Below are positions 28,161-36,905 of a stretch of DNA of 64,000 nucleotides, in pieces (positions within the stretch are counted from its first letter, which is position 1; every line of letters starts with the position of its first letter). Below the pieces are notes generated by a model. That model did not search any database and was not told the origin of the DNA. It worked only from the letters and a program-made list of their open reading frames with translations. This DNA comes from Lachnospiraceae bacterium Zagget2. Lineage in GTDB: Bacteria; Bacillota; Clostridia; Lachnospirales; Lachnospiraceae. The DNA lies in the NCBI GenBank assembly GCA_001941045.1, contig MSHD01000030.1, forward strand, positions 19,528 to 83,527, read 5' to 3'. Position numbers and translations under genes: made by a program.

Positions 28161-29021
28161 GAAATCGAGAATTCTGGTTTTTCTCTCACGAAGCATGACA
28201 AGGTAAAATTCTCGCTGCAGATTGCTGAGAAATGGTGTTTCCTCCAAAAGCACCTCAATCCGCGACATATCTATCCGGGAGACAATACGTTTCAACGCAA
28301 GGTTGCAGCCTTCACTCTGCAGAGAAGAAATAAAATCAAAATAACGGAGCTTTTTATTATTTACTGTGATCGCGGAGGTCTGTATCTCAAACACCCGAAA
28401 ATCCCGTTCTTCCTGCGAAGAAAGCACTTTTTCCATGATTGCTTCGTCCGCCTGCGGATAGAGACAACTGCCGCAGTCATACACCGGGGCAAGCCGCACC
28501 TCGTCCGTCACGGTATTGTACAAGAATCCCCAGTTTCCGTTATGCCGATCCCAGTTTCCAATCAGGGCATCCACGATAAACATGTCCCAAAAACGAGTAG
28601 AAAGTTCCGAGGGGTCCACAGCACTCTGCTCCTCAAAGGTTTGCAGAATGTCAGAAAGCTCCGTGCCATAACCATTCCGTTCAGAATCTATAATCTGATT
28701 TTTCAGAGACGCAAAATCCTGCAGCACTACGCCCGGTTCCGTGAAATCCCCGCAGGCTACAACGATCTTTTCTGTATTCTTCACCCGAAACGTGCCCAGC
28801 AGGGTCTCCTGCACCGGCACTCCAATCATTTCATAAATCCTGCAGCCCAGATACTCAGAAAAACAACTGTTGCTGTAGCTCATGTTCTGATTCCGAGTCG
28901 GGACAGGGGGAAATTTCAGCATATACTGTCTTCCCTTATATATTACTGAAATCTTACTTCCATTGGCGCCCGCGTATGCCTTATTTCGCCGTGGCAGACC
29001 GGTAAAATCAATCGGTGTCAT
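28122..29021 (-). CDS. HipA-like (CtkA-like) kinase
   Basis: YMLKFPP, SEYLGCRIY, DALIGNWDRHNGNWGFL, LAPVYDCGSCL. Confidence 0.85.
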   Translation of the reverse strand: MTPIDFTGLPRRNKAYAGANGSKISVIYKGRQYMLKFPPVPTRNQNMSYSNSCFSEYLGCRIYEMIGVPVQETLLGTFRVKNTEKIVVACGDFTEPGVVLQDFASLKNQIIDSERNGYGTELSDILQTFEEQSAVDPSELSTRFWDMFIVDALIGNWDRHNGNWGFLYNTVTDEVRLAPVYDCGSCLYPQADEAIMEKVLSSQEERDFRVFEIQTSAITVNNKKLRYFDFISSLQSEGCNLALKRIVSRIDMSRIEVLLEETPFLSNLQREFYLVMLRERKTRILDFSLRALNSRDGNL

Positions 29022-29025
29022 CGTC

Positions 29026-29298
29026 TCACACTCTTTCTATCCGCAGATACTTCTCACGAAGATACCACGCCTGCTCAGAACTGATCATCTGATTTACCTC
29101 AGCACTGTTGATATCGCTCTGCAGTTCGCAATAATCACAGTCCCACCTCAGGTATTCCTCTCCACGGTCAAGCCTTTCCCACGTCCGTTTCATGACGCAA
29201 ACAGACTCCTGCAAAAATTCAGGCAGACCGCACTCCAGATACTCTTTATTCTCCGGCAAACCGGTGTTGCCGTCATATAACGCTGTAACTCCCATCAT
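29026..29298 (-). CDS. Small acidic protein preceding HipA-like kinase (candidate antitoxin)
   Basis: RBS GGAGG, promoter TTGATT(29341-46)-N17-TACAAT(29318-23); 4-nt gap to kinase. Confidence 0.7.
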   Translation of the reverse strand: MMGVTALYDGNTGLPENKEYLECGLPEFLQESVCVMKRTWERLDRGEEYLRWDCDYCELQSDINSAEVNQMISSEQAWYLREKYLRIERV

Positions 29299-29383
29299 TT
29301 CCTCCGTTTCTCTTTTCATTGTATCTGCATACGGAGTCAAAATCAAGCACAGCCCACGGGATTATCTAAAACAATTCAGGTCA

Positions 29384-30016
29384 TCAGGAAATTCTTTTCA
29401 TCATCGGCTGCAGGACCACGACCTGCGCCTCCTGCTCGTCCGTCGTCTCGATCTCACTCCCCGGAGCCTCCTTCGCGCTGTCCATAAGCTCTGTGAACGC
29501 ATCGACCGTTCCGATCACATCGTAGCCATACTGGTCCCGCCCGCTCCGGTAGTGCATCGGAATCACAATCCGGGGATGCAGACTTTTCACGAGCTCCGCG
29601 GCCTGTCTGGCGTCAATCGTGTAGAAACCGCCGACCGGCACCAGCACCGCGTCCAGATTTTGCAGTTTCTTCGTCTGCTCCGGCGTGAGCTCACAGCCAA
29701 GATCGCCCAGATGCGCGATCCGGTTCTCTCCGTCGTCGATGATGAAAATCTGATTGTCTCCCCGCTTCGCGCCCTTCACCTCGTCGTGCCAGGTATGAAT
29801 CGTCTCGATAGAAAACGGCGTCTTCGTCCTACCGCTTAAGGTCACGCCGCCGCGGAAATTGTGATCCGCGTGTTCGTGGCTGCACAACACCAGATCCGCA
29901 CGCTCCCTCACAGACCTAAGCCCCGGGACGCTGCCGTCTTCGTAGGGATCGACGATGAGCGTATAATCGTCCTTTTCGATCTTAAAGCAGGAATGTCCTA
30001 TCCAGGTAATCTTCAT
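29384..30016 (-). CDS. MBL-fold metallo-hydrolase
   Basis: ITWIGHSCF, SHEHADH, HLGDLG, VIPMHY. Confidence 0.88.
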   Translation of the reverse strand: MKITWIGHSCFKIEKDDYTLIVDPYEDGSVPGLRSVRERADLVLCSHEHADHNFRGGVTLSGRTKTPFSIETIHTWHDEVKGAKRGDNQIFIIDDGENRIAHLGDLGCELTPEQTKKLQNLDAVLVPVGGFYTIDARQAAELVKSLHPRIVIPMHYRSGRDQYGYDVIGTVDAFTELMDSAKEAPGSEIETTDEQEAQVVVLQPMMKRIS

Positions 30017-30029
30017 TGTGGGTCCTCCT

Positions 30030-30365
30030 TTATTTCTTTTTTACAATCAAGTCGTAGCTTTCCGCCACCATCCGCTTTACCTCATCATCCGGGATACTCC
30101 CGTCCAGGATGATCGTATTCCAATGTTCCTTATTCTGGTGATAACCCGGCAGGACGGACGCATACGCACTCCGCCAGAAGTCCCGCCACTCCGGATCCAC
30201 CTTCACATTGACGCAGATATTTCCGTTCCGCTCATACGTCCACGCAAAAGCCCGCTTATTCTTCTTATACCGAAGCAGGATCCAGTTGTCGTCATGAAAC
30301 GGTGTGTCCATATACACATCCGGCAGCGTCATTCCATAATCCAGAATTTCTTTTCGTTCCTTCAT
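30030..30365 (-). CDS. MmcQ/YjbR family DNA-binding protein
   Basis: NVKVDPEW, PGYHQNKEHWNTIILDGS; start reset to MKERKEIL. Confidence 0.85.
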   Translation of the reverse strand: MKERKEILDYGMTLPDVYMDTPFHDDNWILLRYKKNKRAFAWTYERNGNICVNVKVDPEWRDFWRSAYASVLPGYHQNKEHWNTIILDGSIPDDEVKRMVAESYDLIVKKK

Positions 30366-30403
30366 CACATCCCCCACCCAATAAGCTGGAATCTGGCGCT
30401 TAA

Positions 30404-30616
30404 TCACTCTTTTCCTGCTGCAAAAGTGATATCGCGAGACACTCCAAGCAATTCTGTCAGATGGGGAATGGAGTTAATATCCGGGCAGGATAAATCCCGC
30501 TCCCATTTTGAAACGGCCTTATCCGTCACGCCCATCTTTTCTGCAAGTTCCAACTGGGTCATTCCATTTTCTTTTCTTAAGGATGCTATCATCATACCAA
30601 GAGTCTGCTTTTTCAT
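30404..30616 (-). CDS. XRE-family HTH protein, probably C-terminally truncated
   Basis: LRKENGMTQLELAEKMGVTDKAVSKWERD..PDI; ends abruptly after LLGVS. Confidence 0.7.
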   Translation of the reverse strand: MKKQTLGMMIASLRKENGMTQLELAEKMGVTDKAVSKWERDLSCPDINSIPHLTELLGVSRDITFAAGKE

Positions 30617-30760
30617 TTCACCCCGGCCCCTTTCCTTTGATGCCTGCATCGTATCATTTCTCCCTTCGTATACTCAACCGACCGGAGGTTTATCTCAAGT
30701 CGACCGCTGGTTTAGCGCCGGCAGGCTCCCGCTGTTCACCTGTAAGTTTCCCTGGTTCCT

Positions 30761-31498
30761 TTACAGAATTCTCTCCGGGCAAAAGTTCAGGAAATCTCCG
30801 GAAACCAGATGATACATGATCCCATGATAGTTTCCGCGAATGCTGTCCCCAAAGCGGCTTTCCCCGTGGCAATGGGAATACACCACATGTTCCACATGAT
30901 ATTGTTCCGCAATCCGTGTAAAGACACTGTCTGTCTCGATGATGCTGGTCGGCGGATAGTGCAGAAACAGAATAAATTTCCGATATCCCGCCGCCAAAGC
31001 CGCATCAAAAGAGGTCTGTAGTCTTATCATTTCCCGCTCGTTCAGCTTTTTCGCGCGCTCTTCCTGCGCTTCATCCCAGCCGGTAATTCTGCCTTTTCGA
31101 TCCAGATAAAAAGGCCCTTCAAACGCGTACCCTTTGGTTCCTACCAGCGCATAATCTTCATATGCATAATAATTGTTCTGCAGGAACGCGAGTCTCCCCT
31201 GATATTCCCGATTCAATCGCACAGTCTTCTTCACGTTCCAGAACATATCGTGGTTGCCCCGGAGCAGAATCTTCCGCCCCGGAAGCGCCTCGATAAATGC
31301 GAGATCCTCCCTGCATTCTTCCAGGTTTCTCCCCCAGGAATGATCTCCGGTGATTACGATCGTATCCTCCGGACAAACCAGCTTATTACAGTTCTTCTGG
31401 ATTTTCTCTTCATGCCCTCTCCAGACTCTCCCGAACATATCCATCGGTTTATTAGCCTGGAAGGAAAGATGAAAATCACCGATCGCGTATAGTGCCAT
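30761..31498 (-). CDS. Calcineurin-like metallophosphoesterase
   Basis: AIGDFHLS, GDHSWG, RGNHD, FLHYPP, YSHCHG. Confidence 0.88.
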   Translation of the reverse strand: MALYAIGDFHLSFQANKPMDMFGRVWRGHEEKIQKNCNKLVCPEDTIVITGDHSWGRNLEECREDLAFIEALPGRKILLRGNHDMFWNVKKTVRLNREYQGRLAFLQNNYYAYEDYALVGTKGYAFEGPFYLDRKGRITGWDEAQEERAKKLNEREMIRLQTSFDAALAAGYRKFILFLHYPPTSIIETDSVFTRIAEQYHVEHVVYSHCHGESRFGDSIRGNYHGIMYHLVSGDFLNFCPERIL

Positions 31499-31670
31499 AA
31501 ACACTCCTTATCTCCACGAGAGAAATCTTAAAAAATATATTCGATAGGTCTCTATCGTTCGATCAGTATATCTCCCTCGACACATCATGCCCAGATGCAT
31601 AAATATTCATTGCAACAAATCGAAAAACTGGAAGTTGTCAGCAACATGACAACAGATCAAAAAATTCAAT

Positions 31671-32594
31671 TTATATACAGTTCATGATTACACTGATCAT
31701 CATTTCTTTTTCATCTGGATTAGATTCTGCAACCATAATTGTCAACGCAACCAGTGTATGATCATCGATTGTTTTTCCCCATTTACAAACAATGCCTCAT
31801 TTTTATTTAAGAAATACTGCCGCTGCGATCCGTTTATTTCCATCAGCGAAGCTATGGTTTTTCGTAATAAAATACAATAAGTTAGCTGCTTTCTCCTCCA
31901 ATGTGGGATACAGGTCATTTCCGCCGAAACTTTGATAAATCGCACCAATGCTTCCTTTAAAAGAATCATCCTTCTCTTTTCCAAACAAGGTACTTTCGCT
32001 CCCGAATTTCATATGATCAATAAGCACTCGACACTCTTCATAAGTCAAAACATAGGTCGCCTGATTTCCATTTGGACGCGACATATTCTGATGATCATAC
32101 GCGTCTAAAAGATCTAGCGCCTGACTATATTTCTCTACTACAGACAATACCTGCTTTGTATCAAGGTTATTCTCCGCACGCTTCATCACCCGAATCACCT
32201 CGTTTAACTGATTCATACGGTTATGATTCACTGCGTATCCCTTAATTATGTATTCCTTCAGAACCGAGTTCGCCCAACGTCTGAATTCAACTCCTCGTTT
32301 TGATTTGACACGGTAGCCAACGGATATAATCACATCTAAACTATAGTGCTCAATCTGACGCAAAACTTCACGTTCTCCCTCTTTTTGAACTGTCGCAATT
32401 TTTGCGACAGTTGCGGATTCCCTGTCCAGTTCTTCTTTTAAAGCATTTGAAATATGCTTACCAATCGTTTTAATATCTCTGTCAAATAATTCTGACATTT
32501 GATTTCTATTAAGCCATACCGTATCATTTTCCAAAATTACAGGTAATTGTATCTTGTGATCTGTACTTTCAAATAACACAAGTTTTTGCTCCAT
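31671..32594 (-). pseudogene. RhuM-like N-terminus + Fic/Doc domain, frameshifted near C-terminus
   Basis: TVWLNRNQMSELF, YSLDVIISVGYRVKS, HSFADGNKR; stop right after AAAVFLK; NKNEALFVNGEK and TIDDHTLVALTIMVAESNPDEKEMMISVIMNCI (stop 31671) sit in two other frames. Confidence 0.8.
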
Positions 32595-32685
32595 TTCGGT
32601 TCATCCCTTCTGTTTTAAGTATTCATTGGTTAACTGTATTTAACATTTATATATACCATAAACTCCAATTTGTCTATTCCTTTTT

Positions 32686-33602
32686 CTACTGTTTAACATC
32701 TTCGGCTGCATCAACAGACAGGATTTCCTTTCGCTTTCCAATCAGATAGACGATGCCGACCGTATCCGCCAGGAACCAGCCAATCGGAATGGCCCACCAG
32801 ATTCCCGCGACCCCAATCGCGGAAACCGGCGACAAAAGATAAGCAAGCGCAACACGGGTCCCCAGCGAAATAATCGTCAGAACAAAAGACATGGCAGGCT
32901 TTCCAATCGCCCGATAGAAACCATAAAGCAAAAACAGGCAGCCGATACCACAGTAGAAAGCGCCTTCAATGTGCAGATACCGCACGCCTTCCTCGACAAT
33001 CACCGTCTCTGATGCGGATACAAAGATCTGCATCAGTTTCTCTGCCTGGAACCACAGAACGAAAGAGGCAGCGGCACAGTAAGTGATGGAAGTCAGTGCG
33101 GCACATTGGATGCCCTTAACGACACGCTCCTTTTTACCCGCTCCCATATTCTGGGCGATAAACGTTGAAAACGCATTGCCATACTCCTGTGCTGGCATAT
33201 AGGCAAACGAATCAATCTTGACAGCCGCGGCAAATGCCGCCATGATCGTTGTCCCGAAACTGTTCACCAGCCCCTGCACCGTCAGGAGGACGGCGGCGGC
33301 CGCAATCAGCAAAAAGGCCGTTCCCACCGACTCTTTTAGCTTTTGCTCATCCTTCTGACCAAAACACAGCGAGAACACAACCCCGCTTCCCATACACAGC
33401 CCCAGAAGAATGGACGTCAGAAAAACCATCAGCGTATATGCGCTTCCTACACCTGCCAGTGCATCGGAGCCAATACAGTTTCCGACCACCCAGGTATCTA
33501 CCACATTATACATCTGCTGCAGCAGGTTTCCGAGCAGCATCGGCAGCGCGAAAATACTGATCGTCCTGAATACAGGGCCTTTGTCATATCCCTTTGTCTC
33601 AT
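32686..33602 (-). pseudogene. MATE efflux transporter with frameshift and large internal deletion
   Basis: MRQRDMTK then shift to PVFRTISIFALPMLLGNLLQQ; the first half jumps from AAAVLLT to VQGLVNSFG; ~300 aa versus ~450 typical. Confidence 0.8.
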
Positions 33603-34255
33603 GTATAATTCAGTAAAACCTCCTGAAGCTCATCAACCGACCGGACAATCCGGAACGGTTTTTCCGAAAGCAGCTCCCGCATCGTCCCGTAGCCATAGGA
33701 TACGGCTATACAGGGAATCCCATTTTTCCTGGCTCCGATAATGTCATGCTCTTTATCGCCAACCATAACGATGTTTTCCCGCTTTTCGCCTGATTTCAGT
33801 CTCGTCAGGGCCTCCGCAATCACATCCGCTTTCCCGGTCCTTTTTTCATCCATCGTAGCGCCGACGACTTCGTCAAAATAATCCCGGATGTGAAAATGCT
33901 CCAGTATTTTCAGCACATAAAATTCCGGTTTGGAAGAGGCTACCACCAACGTGTTGCCCTTCTCTTTTAAAATTTTCAGCATCTCTTCGATCCCGGGGTA
34001 GGGCCTGTTCTCAAAGATACCGATCGTCGCGTACCGTTCTCTGTAATACACGACCGCTTCTTCTGCTTCCGTCCTGCTCATCCCGGAATATTCCATAAAC
34101 TGTTCAATCAGAGGCGGCCCGATAAACACGCGGAGCTTTGCGGCATCAGCTTCCTGTTTCCCCATTTTCTCCAGGGCATACTGAACCGATTTTGTGATTC
34201 CTTCCCCCGACTCCGTCAAAGTCCCATCCAGATCAAATAAAATACATTTTCTCAT
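33599..34255 (-). CDS. HAD-superfamily hydrolase
   Basis: LFDLDGTLTES, VASSKP, MVGDKEHDIIGA. Confidence 0.9.
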   Translation of the reverse strand: MRKCILFDLDGTLTESGEGITKSVQYALEKMGKQEADAAKLRVFIGPPLIEQFMEYSGMSRTEAEEAVVYYRERYATIGIFENRPYPGIEEMLKILKEKGNTLVVASSKPEFYVLKILEHFHIRDYFDEVVGATMDEKRTGKADVIAEALTRLKSGEKRENIVMVGDKEHDIIGARKNGIPCIAVSYGYGTMRELLSEKPFRIVRSVDELQEVLLNYT

Positions 34256-34274
34256 ATCTGCCTCTCCACATTCA

Positions 34275-35090
34275 TTACTGCCAGTTTCGTTTCAGAACCT
34301 CGCTTTTCAGCAGAAGGGTGCTCCGTGACGTCTCCTTGACAGGGTGAAGTTTTCCACGCCTGATCAGGTCATTGATGTTCTGTCTGGAGCAGCCCAGTAT
34401 TTCTGCCGCCTCCGCGGTATTGATAATCCGCTGCGCCGCAAAAGCGCGAAAATCTTCCATCACGAGCGGGACGCGCTCTCCGTATTGATATAAAAGATAG
34501 TCCGGAATATCCATATTCTCATCCCAGGCGACTCCATGTCCGCCGATCTCCATCCGCACGCTGTCAAACAGCTCCTCATTTCTCAGCAGAACAGAAAAAC
34601 GATCGCGTTCCCTGAACCAGCCGCTTAAGTCACATCTGCGCACCAGTCCGTCCCGAAAGAAAACAAGTAGTGTGCTATGCCCCAGAGAAATAACATCCTC
34701 GACCCGTTTCTCAAAGCGTCCCTGTATCTGCGGCGGCAACTCCTGCTCCTTTATCGGGAGGAGATAACAGTCGTCCTGCGCGCATCTTCCCAGGGACAGC
34801 AGAAGCAGTTCATATTCATCATACTCTTTCAGGCCGTTTTCTTTCAGCACCTGCCCGATATTCTGGCGATCCGGCGGAACAATTCTCTGCTGCACCCACA
34901 TTCTGCTCCAGTACGAGTTGACCGTTTTCTCTCCCTTTTTCACAAAGGAAGACAGCAGCAGCGGCGTCTCCCACTCGTCTGCTTCATCGGGAAGTTCGAT
35001 GTAAAAACGCTTTTCCGCCTCATAGTAGAGAAGCCATGCCAGATCCTTCTGAAGCTCCGCGCTCTCATCCTTGATTGCAAATATTTTCAT
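34275..35090 (-). CDS. HipA-N-like / DUF2442-like / excisionase-type HTH fusion
   Basis: RIVPPDRQNIGQVLKENGLKEYDEYELLLLSLGRCAQD; LLVFFRDG..CDL..FDSV..GGHGVAW..DI; INTAEAAEILGCSRQNINDLIRRGKL. Confidence 0.7.
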   Translation of the reverse strand: MKIFAIKDESAELQKDLAWLLYYEAEKRFYIELPDEADEWETPLLLSSFVKKGEKTVNSYWSRMWVQQRIVPPDRQNIGQVLKENGLKEYDEYELLLLSLGRCAQDDCYLLPIKEQELPPQIQGRFEKRVEDVISLGHSTLLVFFRDGLVRRCDLSGWFRERDRFSVLLRNEELFDSVRMEIGGHGVAWDENMDIPDYLLYQYGERVPLVMEDFRAFAAQRIINTAEAAEILGCSRQNINDLIRRGKLHPVKETSRSTLLLKSEVLKRNWQ

Positions 35091-35889
35091 ATACGCACCA
35101 CCGTTTCCAGATCATATCCCATATTTTATCCCGAAGATTCTGCGAAATCACATCGTCCAGCCCCTGCATAAGAAGCGCTCTGTGTTCGGGCAAGAGTCGC
35201 CGCAGCTTCGGGAACTGCCCCGGCGGTATGAATGTCAGATTTTCCTGTGTTGATCTGGAACCGATCCAGGTGTTGGTGAGCCGATCTTCCATCACGTCAT
35301 GCCCCGCGACGCTCTCCTCTGTAAGGCAGCTGAACAGTAAAGACAAGCCGTGGTCAAACAGCGGAGCCAGACGCAACGTCCGTTTCCGGCCATCACGCAG
35401 CAGTTCCATATTCGCGCCATGACGATCCCTGTTCAGAATAAGATAATCCACCACAAACATGGTATAAATATAGTCTGCCCACCCGTTGCGGATACAGAAA
35501 TCCAGTGGTGTTTCCCCTTTTTGATGCTCGCTTTCGTAATATACGTCCAGCGCAATCTTGCTCTCGCCCCGCTGCTTGAAATCGCGGGAAGCGCAGAGAA
35601 ATACTTCCTGCCGCCGCTCGCCAACCAGAATATCCGCATGAATCAGCTGATAATGCAGATGCTCTACACCCAGTACCGTGAGCAGCCGGTCAACAATCAG
35701 TTCATTTACACATTCATGACCGATCACGCCACGCATACTATCGTAATTAGAAAGCTTATAATAAATCTTTTCTCCTCCTAATTCCGAGTATGCTTTCAGG
35801 AACGATCCGGCTGTCCCTGAAGAATTTCGGCTTCTCGTCCAGGATAAATATGTGAGATCCTGCTTTTCCAATACAATATCTCCGCCCAT
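35065..35889 (-). CDS. HipA-like kinase
   Basis: GTAGSFLK, HECVNELIV, VDYLILNRDRHGANM, LAPLFDHGLSL; overlaps the downstream gene by 26 nt. Confidence 0.8.
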   Translation of the reverse strand: MGGDIVLEKQDLTYLSWTRSRNSSGTAGSFLKAYSELGGEKIYYKLSNYDSMRGVIGHECVNELIVDRLLTVLGVEHLHYQLIHADILVGERRQEVFLCASRDFKQRGESKIALDVYYESEHQKGETPLDFCIRNGWADYIYTMFVVDYLILNRDRHGANMELLRDGRKRTLRLAPLFDHGLSLLFSCLTEESVAGHDVMEDRLTNTWIGSRSTQENLTFIPPGQFPKLRRLLPEHRALLMQGLDDVISQNLRDKIWDMIWKRWCVYENICNQG

Positions 35890-35906
35890 AAAGACCTCCT
35901 GAAAAA

Positions 35907-35947
35907 AGTATAGCCAACTACTTGTCATATGTCAAGTAGTTGGCTAT
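35907..35947 (-). promoter_or_regulatory. Sigma-A promoter embedded in a 38-bp palindrome (also terminator-like)
   Basis: ATAGCCAACTACTTG-TCATATGT-CAAGTAGTTGGCTAT; minus strand TTGACA(35930-35)-N17-TATACT(35907-12) followed by TTTTT. Confidence 0.85.
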
Positions 35948-35982
35948 GATTTTCATCCGAACTTCCGCCTCGGTCTCGTGTT

Positions 35983-36354
35983 TTAATCGGAGGCCAGAAT
36001 CATCTCCTTCAATTCTCTGCAGGCCTTCAGAATTTCCCCGATCATCTCCGGACTGATTCCGTCAAGGTGGAGCCCGCAGCTGCAGACCACGGTGCAGTTT
36101 TTCTGAGTGGCAACCGCCTCCGCGATCTCACGGGCGACCACTTCCTCCTTATGTCCCAGGCAGTTCAGCACGGAAGTCGTCGCGCTAATGCCTTTTCCTG
36201 TCAGGCTGGGGCGCGCCGCGGAAAGACAGACGGAGCCGACATGTCCACCCGCCTCATCCCACAGACAGACCGTGTAATCCCTGCCCATCTCGATCACTTC
36301 GCAGTGCAGCGTGGTCCCGCACACGGATTTCTCATAATACCTCCTCATCCCCAT
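35983..36354 (-). CDS. lpdD: LpdD-like prenylated-flavin chaperone
   Basis: GGHVGSV, LGHKEEVVA, TVVCSCGLHLD; follows ubiD-ubiX. Confidence 0.7.
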   Translation of the reverse strand: MGMRRYYEKSVCGTTLHCEVIEMGRDYTVCLWDEAGGHVGSVCLSAARPSLTGKGISATTSVLNCLGHKEEVVAREIAEAVATQKNCTVVCSCGLHLDGISPEMIGEILKACRELKEMILASD

Positions 36355-36905
36355 CTTCTGAAATCCTCCGTTTCAATTCCAAAGGGCTGCAGCAGTCTTC
36401 CCACAATCTGTCGTTCCATCTCCGCGAGGCTCCCTGGATTGTGATAATAGGTGAGCACCGGCGGCATGAGAAAGACGCCCGGAATCCGCGAAAGCTTCAG
36501 CATGTTTTCCAGATGAATCGAGCTTAAGGGCGTCTCCCGCACCGCAAGAACGAGCTTTCGCTGCTCCTTGATCGTCACATCCGCCGCGCGCAGCAGCAGA
36601 TTATCGCTGTAACCATTCGCAATGCCGCTGACCGTTTTCATGGCGCAGGGCAGGATGATCATGCCGTCTGTCGGAAAACTGCCGCTCGCGACCGCTGCGC
36701 CGATATCGCTGTTGTCATAGCTCACGTCCGCGAGCGCGCGGATATCGTCCGCGGCAAGGTCACTCTCGTACTTTGCGGTCAGCTCTGCTCCCCGGGTGAA
36801 AATGACATGCGTCTCCACCTCCGGATTTTTCTTCAGTTCTTTCAAAAGGCATACGGCCAACGGAAAGCCGCTGGCTCCTCTGATGCCCACAATCAGACGT
36901 TTCAT
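36345..36905 (-). CDS. ubiX: Flavin prenyltransferase UbiX/LpdB
   Basis: IVGIRGASG, ASGSFPTDGMIILPCAMKT, DNLLLRAADVTIKEQRKLVLAVRETPL, MPPVLTYY. Confidence 0.93.
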   Translation of the reverse strand: MKRLIVGIRGASGFPLAVCLLKELKKNPEVETHVIFTRGAELTAKYESDLAADDIRALADVSYDNSDIGAAVASGSFPTDGMIILPCAMKTVSGIANGYSDNLLLRAADVTIKEQRKLVLAVRETPLSSIHLENMLKLSRIPGVFLMPPVLTYYHNPGSLAEMERQIVGRLLQPFGIETEDFRRWG

